A stretch of 64,000 nucleotides of DNA from the NCBI GenBank assembly GCA_004431415.1, contig QPMI01000498.1, positions 15,698-79,697 of the forward strand. The letters run 5' to 3'. Positions within the stretch are counted from its first letter, which is position 1. Each line of letters starts with the position of its first letter. Below, piece after piece: positions 1 through 11,112 of this stretch. A program made the position numbers and the translations under genes. The notes beneath the pieces are model-generated. The model was not told the DNA's origin. It saw only the letters and a program-made list of their open reading frames with translations, and did no database searches. The DNA comes from Cyanophora paradoxa CCMP329. Lineage: Eukaryota > Plantae > Glaucophyta.

Positions 1-2911
1 CGCCGAGCTCCTCGCGACGGCCGCAAAGGTAATCAGGGGCCGACTCTCTACCGCCTCGGGTTCCTCCTTGATCCCCCGCTAAGGGCCTTAAAGCTTGAGC
101 TATCTTAAGGTTCCTCGGGGCCTTAAAGCATGAGCTAGGCGCTCGTCTAAGAACAGGTTCCCGCCTCCTAACTAAAACTATCTACCGTCTCGGGTTCCTC
201 CTTGATTCCTCGCGGTCGCCCGCGCCCTCACCTCTCTCTCCCTCTGCCCCCACGTGCACGCAGGCGCGGGCGGCGTTCAGCCTGCGGCAGCACGGGCACC
301 TCCGGCCCTCCCTCGAGCTCCAGTTCGAGGTGGACGGTCGCCCCAGGCCTCTTCTAGACCCCCTCTCCTTGAAATTCTTGGAGGAACCTTTCGTTAGACG
401 AGCGCCTAGCTCAAGCTTAGAGATGGACGCGGTTCATTTATAAGGCTTTAGAAGTATCTTTTTAAGATTTGTGTAGATCCCCGCCCCCGCGCCTGCCAGG
501 CTGACACCGCCCGCTGCGCCTCCCTCTCGAATTGTCGAACAGGCCTGGGACGACCTCCTGCGCCTGCGGGTGCGAGCCTCCCCCCCCCCCCCCCCCCCCC
601 TCCACACGCCCCCGTGACTCGAGGGCAGGTGTACCCCCACCGGCTCGAGTGCGAGGTCCTCCGCGAGCTCTGCGAGCTGCACGGTGCCGCCGTACCCCCC
701 CCCCCCCCCCTCACCCCCTCTTACCCCGGCCGACGGCCTTCGGCGCGCAGTGCAAATCGAGCGGACGGACCTCGCGCGCCACTTCGCCGAGCGCCTCTAC
801 TGGTGCGTACCGGCGGAGCGATAGCCCAATTGCAAGGCGGCTTATAATTAGGCTCGAGCCGGGGCTGGCCCGGCTGTCTCACTTGAAACTTTCGACTCCG
901 AAGTCCGCCTTTACTGGCAGGGGGGGGGGGGGGGGGGGGGGGGGTGGGGGGGGGGTGAAGGGGATGAAACCTAACCGAATTCGTTACATGTCTGTTTCGA
1001 TCCTCTACTAGAATCGAACCGAATCCAATCCGATCCGACGCCCCCCCTCAGGTTCGAGGAGACGGACGACGACATCGAGTTCAAGGTCTCCTGCCTCCAG
1101 ACCCTCGGTACCCCCCGCCCCCCCCCCCCCCCCCCCCGCCCTTCCCCACCCGTGTCAACGCGCTGCTGCGCGGTCTCCGCTCTCCGGGACGGCTAGCTAG
1201 AGGGGGGGCTAGCTAGTGCTCCCCACTGCCCTTTCACCTTAAAAAATCTCGACGAGGTCCCGCGCCTCCGGACCCTCGGTACCCCCCCGCCGCTTCGCCC
1301 CGCCCCGCCCCGCCCCGCTCCCCTTCGCCCCGCTACGTTTTGAGTCGCCCCTTCCTCTTTCTTAATTCACCGTCTGCTCTCCTGTGCACTCGCAGCGTAC
1401 ATCGAGTGGCACGAGCTCGAGGGGGCGCCTGGCGCGGGGGCGGAGACCTACTGCCGCGCCGTCGAGACCTGCCGCCGTGCGCCCCCGCCCCGCCCGGCCC
1501 CGCCCTCCCCGGCACGCTCCGTCTTGATGGAATCTTCTGGGAGATCGTTCGCGGCACACCCCCTCCGATCGGGGGGGTCCCGCACCGCACCGCCCCGCCC
1601 CGCTCCGCCCCGCCGCGGCCCAGATCTAGATCTAGAGCCCGAGCCCGTCCTGGACTAATTAATTCCTGGGTCCAGAGCTCGTGGAGCGGTCCGGGGGCAA
1701 CCCCTCCTACGCCCTCCGCCTCGGCCGTGCCTCCAAGTCCATGAGCCTCTGCGAGCTCGCCGCCGGTTCGAATCCCTCCGGGGCCCCTTTATTGTTTTTT
1801 CGTATTCTCAGAGCCCGTTTTCGAATTCAGGGCTCGTAGCGCGCTGGGGCCGCTCCTTCAGCACAGGAACAAAGGTCCGAGACGCCGCTTCTTCAATCTA
1901 TTTATAGGTGCTCAGCTGATCATGAGAGGCGGCGCGGCGCTCAGGTGATGGATGCCGTCCTCGAGCTCACGAGCTCCGAGCACGACGACTTCGGCCTCGC
2001 CGGTTCGAGAACCGCCCGCGCCCATTTAATGAATCGAATAATAATTCTTCGTTCGCAGCGTGCGGCGTGGTGTTCCGGCCGGAGGGCTTCAGGCTCCGCC
2101 ACGCGATCCGCATCCTGCGCACCTGCTCGCTCCACCTCGAGGCGCGCCCGCGCCCGCGCCCGCGCCCGGCCGGCCCCGCCGCCGGATTTCTCACACTTGA
2201 GCTTCCTGAAGAAGACCCTAAATAAATGAGGAACTCGAAATCAGAGCAAGTTGTAAAGCCCTATAGCTAGCAGCTTCCTTCTTCTGACGCGGCGGGCGCA
2301 GTGGGGCCACCAGCGGTACCGTACCCCCCACAAGGTCGCCTCCGCCACCTACCACATCGGCCTCCTCTGGTAAATACCAATTCCAATTCTAATAAGCTCT
2401 AAGTTCGAAGAAGATGAATTTCTATTACGACGCGTCGTCTAGCTTTCCTTTTTTTCTCACCTGTCTGCACGATTCGAAATTAAATATTCGTAGCGCTCTG
2501 GACGGGCAGCTGGAGGAGGCCCTCGAGGCGTTCTCGGCGGCGATGGCCAAGTACACGTGCACGCCCGAGCTCGCCGCCTGCTTCGGCGACGCGCACCCCC
2601 GCATCCGCAACCTCCGCCGCGCCGCCGCCTGGGTCGCCGCCCGCCTCGGGCGGCCCCTGCCCCCCGAGCTCGCTTTCTCCCCCGGACACAACTCCGGATC
2701 CGAATCGGCGCCCCAGTCTCAGTTCCAATTACAAGCGCGGGCGGGGGCCTCGGGGCGGCGCTTGGCGCGGCTTGCGTGGCGGCCCTGCCTAGACCCAGAC
2801 CTCTGGGCGAGCCGCGGGATCGACTCCGAGCTGCAGGAGGTCTTCCTGGCCACGTACCCCGCCGACGCGGTCCTCCAGATCGGCGCGTGGCTCGCCAACG
2901 GGCCCCTATGA
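1..2911 (+). CDS. Multi-exon TPR-like protein, 5' end outside window (paralogue A)
   Basis: Hand-spliced GT-AG exons read AELLATAAK|ARAAFSLRQHGHLRPSLELQFE|AWDDLLRLR|VYPHRLECEVLRELCELH|VQIERTDLARHFAERLYW|FEETDDDIEFKVSCLQTL. The C-terminal part, KVASATYHIGLLCALDGQLEEALEAFSAAMAKY...FGDAHPRIRNLRRA, fits a kinesin-light-chain-type TPR (TPR_12) with the G..HP motif. Stop at 2909-2911. Confidence 0.7.
126..418. repeat. Intronic inverted repeat flanking one exon
   Basis: tgagctaggcgctcgtctaa (131-150) is the exact reverse complement of ttagacgagcgcctagctca (394-413), with imperfect extension on both sides. The exon at ~264-329 lies between the arms. Confidence 0.8.
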
Positions 2912-3499
2912 GCATGACGCAGCCGCTCTACATCTATAGCTAGTTACGCGCGGAATATTAATCTTTCAAAAATTTCGCTCTTTGCCAGTGAATCCGTGCC
3001 GCCTGGATTTTCGAAAATTCATCGATATCTTCATACGTACATTCTTGTCTGACCATATGCATGGGAACACGGACGTCGACATTTCGAATTCAGACAATTT
3101 GGAACAGCTGCAGGTCAATGTGGATTGTTAGACGGGTATACGTACTAAACGTAAGACGAAACAGGACGAACTCATGCATCGTGTATATGAGCCTTATATA
3201 TACTTAATTACTTTAGTGTCGTCTATAGCTACTCTTCTATGCCCCCTGGGCAGCCCCCGCAGTGCTGGTGTCTCATCCTCTGTCACTAGATCTGCTCGGC
3301 CGCGGTCTAGATCTGGTTCGCTTCTCGTCTCTTCTCGATCTGTCTCTGTGTCTTTCCTCTTTTATTGTCGATTTTGGCTCTTTGTTTTGTTTTTCTTAGT
3401 GCTCTTGTCTTAGTTACTTTGCTTCTTTTGTCCCTGTGCCCCCTGGGCCCCTGGGCACTGCGGCAGCCCCCGCAGCGCTGGTGTCTAGAGACTGCACGT

Positions 3500-5335
3500 C
3501 ACGGCGTGGCTGGTAATTCACCAAAAAAAAATGCCGCAGTGCCTGCCGCAGTGCCGCCCGGCCGGCGGCCGCGCCCGGCCGGGCCGCCGCCGCCCGGCCG
3601 GCGGCCGCCCCGGTTCATGCATATGCACCGTTTTTTCTCATTTCAGGTTCGAATTCATCGCTGTTATAAATTACCGTTCATGCATATGCGGCCGGGCCCC
3701 GGATGTAGTGCGCCAAATAAAATGGCGCGCCATCTTATTTTTATGGCGCACGCTTTTGAGCCATCGCAGAAAAAAAGGCGCCGGCCAGCGCAGCCGGAGC
3801 TTTGCGTTGGGGAGTACTGCTAGGCTAGCTGTCGCGATCGAAATCGCCTATCATTATAGCCTACCGCCGGGCTACCGGTATAGGACCGCACTGGCGGGAA
3901 GCGGTCGGGGAGCCGCGCGCGCGCACCGAGCCCGAAGGCGCGGCCCCAGGCACATCAGCAATGAGGTGGTGGGAGCATCCAGATGTCAGAGACCTTCCCA
4001 ACAAGTTCGAATGCAGGTGTCCACCCGCAGAGAATCTGTCCGGGCTCTGCGGCAATAACTTCCTGTGCAAGACTCTGTTTCCTAACATTCGCATCGACAT
4101 GCCAGCAACGCAGCAGCGGCATCGTCATCGCAATCGAGCAACCAACAGCAGTCAGCACCATCGAGCGGCCAGCAGGCGCCGTCCACCTCGAGCGGACAGG
4201 CGGCGAGTTCGAGCAGTAAGCCGCGTAATCGAAAGCGGCCAAATACTAGTGAACCGCCGCGGCCGCGCGGGCGCCCTCGAAGCAGCCACCAGCACCTGCA
4301 GCTGTGGGCACAGATGGCGCAGCAGCTTCAGAATCACAGCCAGCAGAGGCAGCGGCTTCGAGCTCGAGCTCGAGGCAGCAACAACAAAAGAAGGGCTCGG
4401 CCGCAGCAGCCGGCAAGCGCATCGACACCACCGAATTTCGCCACCGAGTCCAGCGGATGTTCGCCGAATCCCGAGGCGCTGAACCGGTCCCAGCAGCATC
4501 AGTGCAGCGCGTAACTTTCGAAGAATATCGAGCCGCTATACAGCGTGTGAAGCCCGGAGCGGTGCTGCTATCTCGCGCCGACATCGAACACGTTAAGTAC
4601 ATCCTCGAAAACCCGGACGCGCCCGAGCCCAGCGGCAGCCCAGAGCATGTGAAGCGGGTGAAGAATTGGCGCGAGTTCATGAGGGGGAAGTACACGCTGC
4701 GCGAGGTTCCAGATCCGACAGACAACCTGACAGCGGAGGAGCTCGCCATGCCCAACCCGCGGCCAAGGCGCAAGCTTCGGCTGGTGGTGGAGAAGCAGGC
4801 TAGGTTGACAACCGCTTGAAGCGAGGAAATTCGGGCGACGCCCCCCCACTGGGCAGGGAGCTGGTGTCACAGTGTGTGACGAGGACATTTTCATCTGCAT
4901 CCAGGTGCGATCGCGTTACAACGCAATTCTCTGCGCACGCGCAACGCATCTTCAACGCAAGCGTTGGGTTGCTAGCGTTGGACATTCTCAACACATGCGT
5001 TGACCATGCGTGGAACAGAATACATTTTAATTTTTATGTCCACTGCATTGCACTGTTTGTGACGCGGTCATGATCGTGCGCAGCGCGAACACCTTGAGAG
5101 CGGGCACAAAGGTGGCACCGGTGTATACAACAATGCGAAGCAAAGGTACGCGATTCCTCGCCCCGGTACCGGTATTGCGCGAATTGCATACTAGTAGGTT
5201 CCGGCCTGTTCTGACCAATGAGATAGCAGGAAATGCGAGTCCCCAACGGCCCACGCGCGTCGCGCGTCCGGCCTTTTTTTTATGCGCACAATTTATACCC
5301 GGCCCGGGCCGGGCCATGGCTTTTTTTGGGGTACA
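3500..5335 (+). mobile_element. Decayed, internally deleted Ginger2/TDD-like (integrase-type) DNA transposon; left boundary uncertain
   Basis: Contains a disrupted integrase N-terminus and zinc-binding half-domain. The right end terminates ...ttttttggggtACA at 5335, and Ginger termini are TGT...ACA. Degenerate inverted A-tract motifs lie at 3510-3790 versus 5270-5335. No perfect TIR pair or TSD was found. Confidence 0.5.
4304..5145 (+). pseudogene. Integrase/transposase remnant with Integrase_H2C2-like zinc-binding region (KRBA2/SCAND3/Ginger2-like)
   Basis: ORF 4304-4819 contains LLSRADIEHVKYILENP...NWREFMRGKYTL. After two frameshifts and removal of intron 4905-5083 it continues CDEDIFICIQ|REHLESGHKGGTGVYNNAKQR, which matches the I..H...GH.G....Y pattern. 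The CxxC and the DDE core are missing. Confidence 0.6.
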
Positions 5336-6012
5336 GCAGCTGCAGCCTGCAGGGCGAACCTCCTGAAAGAAGACCGAGCCGCGGTCCGACGGTCCGAGCG
5401 CTAGCGCTCGCTCGAGGGAGCGCAGTCCTGCTGCGCGGAGCGGTGATCAACTTTGGCAACTTGGCAAGCACACCCCGGATTCCCGCTGCGCATGCACTGC
5501 GGCAGTGCTCATGATCATCGATATCGGATCAACGCACGTAAATCGCGGTTCGAAAAATTCGGATACTAGTAGCAGCTGCAGCAGCAGCAGCTAGCTGCAG
5601 CAGTCACGGTCTAGCAGACTATACCTGTAGCTCGTACTAGCCGTCACAGTAACAGTACGGTCGGTCGCCTTCTCATGAACACTGCAGCTGGTAGCCGCGG
5701 TATATTCATGATATCGACAAGAAGAAGTGCACAGTTCTCCTAAGCGCCGACCCAGCAGGCCGGCCTGTGAAATCTGCAGCCGCTGCAGCTGCGTATGCGG
5801 CAGTAAGCGACTGAGGTTCGCCTGGCCAAGTCCCCAGGCCGCTCTGCGTCTCGAAAGGGCGCGCCGCGCTGTGACCGCAGTACGCCATCGCCGCGGTCGC
5901 CGCCACAGCTGCAGGGCTCCGGACTGCCCAGCTTCTTCGGAGCCCCCTTTGAGGCCAGGCTCCGGATCGGGTCCGCCCGGGCGCGGCGAGCAAGGCGACA
6001 GCTGCACAGCTC

Positions 6013-9000
6013 ATGCCGGCGGGGATGCCGAGCGGCCCGACCTCGCCCGAGGTGCTACCTTTCGGCGGCGCGAAGGGCGAGCCCGGCGCCGGCGTCGCCG
6101 CGCCGGCGGTGCGCGTCAGGGCGGAGCGGGCGTACAGGCTGCTGGTGGACGACGAGGGGGCGCGGGAGCGGGCCCGGGCGGAGGCGCGCCCGGCCGGCTT
6201 CCCGTCTCGCCCGCCCCGGGTGGCCGTCCTCGAGCTCGGCCTCTTGAGCGGAGGCGCCGCCGAAGCCGGCGCCGCATTCGAGTTCGAGGGCCCCGCCGAC
6301 GCAGAGAGCCTCGGCGTGGCGCTGAGCCTGGCCGCCCTCAACGCCCCCCGGGTCCGCGCGCGGCCGTGCCCGCCGCCCCTCCGAACTCGAGCTCGGAGCC
6401 GCTGAGCGCTCCGTGCGCGCGCGGCGCAGACGGCGCCGAGCACGACGATGCGCCTCAACATCTCAGAGGACGGGCGCGCCGTCGAGGCCGTCAAGTGCGC
6501 ATGCGGCGCCGCCCCGCGCCCGCGCCGGCGCCGCCCACGCCGCACGCGCCGCCGCCGCCCACGCTTCGCCCGCCGCGCCCTCCAGGTTCTCGCTGCTGCC
6601 GTCCTGGAAGGAGCAGCAGGGCGTGGAGTTGGCCCTGCGCGGCCGATGGGTGCGCGCGCCCCGCCCCGCGCCCCGCGCCGCGCCCCGCCGCGCCGCCCGC
6701 GCTCGGCCACTCACCGCTCGGCAGGCCGAGGGCGGGGAGCCGCTGCCCGGCCCGCCGGCGCTGCGGCTGTGCTTGGAGGCCCCGGCGCCGCCGGCCGGAC
6801 CGGTACCCAGGGCGAGCCCGGTCGCGACCGAGGCTGCGCCGGGGTCGGGCATGCGCAAGCGGCCCCCCTCCGCCCGCGAGCTCCGCGACGGCGCGTTCGA
6901 ACAGGCGCGCCCCGCCCCGCCCGCCCGCCCCGCCCCGCCCCGCCCCGCCCCGCCCCGCCCGCCCCGCCCGCGCCCTCGACATAAACGCAAAATGCTAACA
7001 ACAAAATGCTCCCGGCAGGTGTCGAAGAGCCTGCGGAGCATGCCGCCGCCGGGGGCGCCCCCCCCGCCCCGGGCCCGTGCCTTCGACGACGACGTGGCGG
7101 CCGAGGTCCGTTTTGAGGACGTTGTCTCACAGGGCGCCTGCGCCTGCAGTTTCTAGAGAAGTCATTCTAATTAAGCGCCCCGTAGCTTCTAAAGCCGACG
7201 TCTCGCCATATAACTTAGATCGCCGGTCGCTTCTTTGAGGCTCCGGGATCCGCCCCGTCCTCGCCTCAGGCCTCCCCGCACGCAGGAAATCGTGGCGGCG
7301 GCCATCGCCGCCTCCGCGCTGGAGCCGCCGGCGGAGGGCGCGGGGCCGTCGCCCGCCGAGGCTGCCCTAGAGGCCGCCTTCGTGGGCGTGCGGATCGCCC
7401 AGGAGGCCTCCGCCTCCGCCTCGCCCGGGTCCTCGCCCGCCCACGCCCCCGCCCCCGCCCCCTCGCCCCGCCCGGTCCGTGCGCGCGCCGCGGACGCACG
7501 CTCGCACGCTCGCGCGCCCCGAGCCTGACCTCCGCCACCCCTCCCTCCCTCCCTCCCTCCGCCCTGCTTCTTCTCTACAGCCGACTGCCTCCCCCGACGT
7601 GCGCCGCTGTAGCCCTCAGCTCAGCTGGCTCAGCTGACTCTGCTGACTCTGCAGCGCTCGCCTACTCCGTGGTGGACCAGCGCGACGCCATCCTGGCCCT
7701 CGTGGAGCGCACTTCGGCCGCCCTCGAGGCCCGGCCCCGCCCCGACGGCCGCCCGCAGCCGGCCCTCGCCGCCCTCGCCGCCCTCGCCGGAGTGCTGCGG
7801 ACCCTCCAGCCGCGGCCCGGCGAGGTGCCCTCGCCCGAGCCGCTCGGGGGACCCCTCTTCGCGATCGACGTGCTCGACGAGCCGCACATCCAACTCTCGG
7901 CGCTCCCGCCCTGGAATGAACCCGCGGAGGCGGACGCGGCGGCCGCCGCGAAGCCGTACCTGTGGGGCGTGGAGACGTGCCTGGAGGTGGCGAGGACGGC
8001 GCCGGGCCCCGCGCAGCGCGCCGCCGCCGCCCTCGAGGCCGCCGGGCGCCTCGCCTCGGACCACCTCCTGCTCTCCCCGTGGGTCCGCCTGATCTGATCC
8101 GGCGCCTGATCTGATCCGGCGCCTGATCTGATCTGATCCGATCCGATCTGGTCTGATCTGATCTGATCTGATCTGATCTGAGCAGGTCCGCACCTTCGAG
8201 GGGCGCCTCTCCCTCCGCCGCGCCCTCGTCGTCGTCCGCGAGGCCTCCGGCTCCTTCGCCCAGGTACCCCCGTCGCCGCCGCCGTACCCCCCCCCCCCCC
8301 CGCGGCTCAGACGGGGTCCGGCCCGGCGCAGGTCGCTCGGGTCGCCTTCCACCTCCGCGCCGCCGCCCTCCGCCGCCTCTTCGCCTCGTCCGTCGTGCCC
8401 TCCCGCGCCCTTTCCGCGCGCGCTCGACCACGCTCGCGTACCCCCCCCCGCCCCCCGCAGGCCCCACTCAGAGGACGCAATCCGGGGGGCCCTAGACGTC
8501 GTGGAGGTCCTCCGGTAGCTTTCTTTGGCTGACGAGCGCGGAAGCTTTAATTTGGACGCTTTGGCCGACGCGGCGCGCACGCAGGCCGAGCGTGTGCCTC
8601 GCGGCGCCGGACCTCCAGTGGATCCCTCTGGGCGCCGCCCTGGAGATCCTGCGGCCGGCCCTCGCGGCCGCGCGGGAGGCGGCGGCGCGGGGGCGGCCCC
8701 CCAGCGAGGAGCCGGGCCCCTCGCTCCTCTGGGCAGAAGCACTGGTCTCCCTGGGGAGCCAGGAGGTCATGGTGCGCCGCGAGGAGATCTAGAGTGCGAG
8801 CGCCGCGGCGAGCGACGGCCGCCCGCCCGCCCACCCCCCCGAGAGTCGATAGGAGCGTAAGAGCGCCGGATCGAGACAGAGTCTAGATATCTAAAGGCGG
8901 ATGAAGGGCGGTCTAGATATCGCTGTACACTGTAGTGCATCGGCAACTAACTTGGGGAGCGCAGGACGGGTTCAAGGAGGGGGGGATCGGGCACCTCTTC

Positions 9001-10426
9001 GAGGCGTGGTCGCTGCTGCTGCGCTGTGGGCCCGCCGGCTGTCCCTCCCGCCTCGAGGCCCGACTCGTCCTCGTCCTGTGCGAGGCCCACGGTCCGTCCG
9101 CGCCCCTCGCTCACCTGAGCCCGATCCGATCCGAGCCCTCTAAGAATAGATCTGAGCCGTCCTTGGGCTTGTGCGGGGCGGGACGGCCCTGCACCCCGTC
9201 CCGTCCCCAGGCTAATCATAGCGGCCTCGAGCTATCTGAGCTTTCCTTTCCAAGCTGACCTCTCTCTCTCTCTCTCGTACCCCCCCCCCCCCCCCGCCCG
9301 CCCTCCCCCCCGCAGTCTTCCTCCCGACGGCGTACAGCCTCGCGGAGCGGCTCTACTGGTACCGCGAGGGGGTACAGGACCTCCACGTCGAGGCCCGCGC
9401 CTGCGCCGCCCTCGGTGCCGCCCCGTACCCCCCTCTCCAGTCCCCCCCCCCCCCTAACGCGCCAGAGCAGGGTTCCTGGCGCTGGGGGCGGGCCGCCTCT
9501 CGGAGGCGCAGGGGTTCATCGACCGCATGTTCGAGATATACCGTGCCCTCTCCCCTGCCGAGCGGTCCGCCGGCGCCCCCCCCCCCCCCCCCTCCCACCC
9601 CTCCGCGGCGCGCCGCGTCGGAGCTACCTCCGGCCAACGCGGGCGGGGGTACAGGGACCGGGAGTCGATGGGGTACAGGGCGGCGAGCCTCTCGATCATG
9701 CTAGCACTGCGGTTCGCCCCTTGGTTCTTTCGACTCATTTGTTTCTGACTTGACAGCTTGCCTTGCTTCTTTCTCCACTTCCGCAGGGCGGGTGACTTCA
9801 GGGGGGTATACGAGCACGCGCGCACCTGCTGCATCCTCGCCCTCGCCCACTCCGACCCCGCCCAGTGCGACCGCGGCCGCCCGGCCCGGCGCCTCTATAA
9901 TTAGATCCGTGTGCGGCTCGCCTCTGATGGGGGGTACGGCAATACGGCAGCCCGCGGTCGGTGCCGCCGGAAATGGCGCTCTTCCACTTCCTGAGCGACG
10001 CGGGGGCGCCCCTCGAGGTCCACCTCGAGTTCTTTAAGTTCTTCATGTGCGCTCCCCGGGACGCCATGTGGGACCCGGCGCTCACTGGACACCCGTAGGC
10101 ACGTGGCGGCGGTGACGGACCCGCAGAGCCTCAGCCCGGGCACGATGCAGGTGCTCTGCGCGGTGGCCGAGATCCACGCGCGGCTCGGCCTCTGGCGACC
10201 CGCCGCCCACGCCTACGCCCTCGCCCTCCGCGCCGCCGCGCGGTACCCCGGCTCGTACCCCCCCGACCACCCCCGCATCCGGCGCCTGCGCGCCGCCCTC
10301 GCCCGCTGCGAGGAGCGCGCGCGGCGAGCCGTGCGGGCCGCCCCCGCGGACCCCAGTACCAGTCTGCCCAGCCTCAAAGCGGAGCCGGGAAGCCCGGAGG
10401 GCGCGAGCCGCTCAACGGCCGCGTGA
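6013..10426 (+). CDS. Multi-exon TPR-like protein (paralogue B) with low-complexity N-terminus
   Basis: Spliced exons include GHLFEAWSLLLRCGPAGCPSRLEARLVLVLCEAH|VFLPTAYSLAERLYWYREGVQDLHVEARACAAL. The terminal exon TMQVLCAVAEIHARLGLWRPAAHAYALALRAAARYPGSYPPDHPRIRRL is TPR with a DHP motif. The start codon is tentative. Confidence 0.65.
8088..8181 (+). repeat. (CTGAT)n pentanucleotide microsatellite filling an intron
   Basis: ctgatctgatccggcgc x2 followed by about 12 CTGAT/CCGAT units, ending just before the gcag acceptor. Confidence 0.9.
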
Positions 10427-10443
10427 GAGGCCCGCGGCCCGCC

Positions 10444-10840
10444 CGCGGAGCCCGTCACTTCCAGGCTGCAGCTTTCTTCTCTCAAAATTTGCCAATCGCA
10501 GAGACAGCAGCGGTACATACTACGACAGCTGTAGATATAGACGTCGACGGATCAGATATTTATGCGCGCGCCTAACAACAGATCATCGGATCGTATATAT
10601 ATATATATATACTCGCGGAGCCCGCGGAGTCTTCGGATTCCCCCTTGCTTCCAGGTTGCAGCTTTCTTCTCTCAAACTTTGCGGTACATACTACGATAGA
10701 CGGATATATATTTATGCGCGCGCTTAATAACAGATCGCATGCTACTACTACGCCTATCGACAGCAGCGGTACATGTAGCTATAGAGTCAATTTATAGATG
10801 GATCGGATATTTATATGCCATGATGCGCGCGCTCAAATTT
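10444..10840 (+). repeat. Degenerate tandem duplication (~170 bp) in the 3' flank, with a (TA)n tract
   Basis: cttccagg(c/t)tgcagctttcttctctcaaa...gcggtacatactacga...atttatgcgcgcgc occurs near 10457 and again near 10648, with a partial third copy near 10760. (TA)n at 10594-10611. Confidence 0.75.
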
Positions 10841-11112
10841 ATAGAGTCAGTTGCACTTTATAGATCGTGTATATACTGCTGCTATGTACACGCCTTGTTC
10901 ATTGTATATATTAGTTCCCCGTATTTGTATGTGTCTAGATCTTTTCGTTGCCGTTGGCCGCTTTCGAATTCAAACCTCGACTAGTACTTCATAGCCTTGA
11001 CATTGCATATGCGCATGCATTGCGCGGCCGATATCGATCGTGGATTAAAAAAGAAAGCGACGTACATGTACAAGGGGGCGCCACCTAGATCTAGATTAGA
11101 TCTATCATAGAT

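Noticed and set aside
1766-1800. GGTTCGAATCCC followed by a T-run, resembling a tRNA T-arm/B-box and Pol III terminator
   Set aside because: The T-stem does not pair and there is no D- or anticodon arm. The GT is the donor of an intron after the exon ending SLCELAA.
3961-4110. Cys/Trp-rich peptide MRWWEHPDVRDLPNKFECRCPPAENLSGLC, resembling a zf-CW finger
   Set aside because: The upstream W.QC..C half is absent in frame, so the domain cannot be supported.
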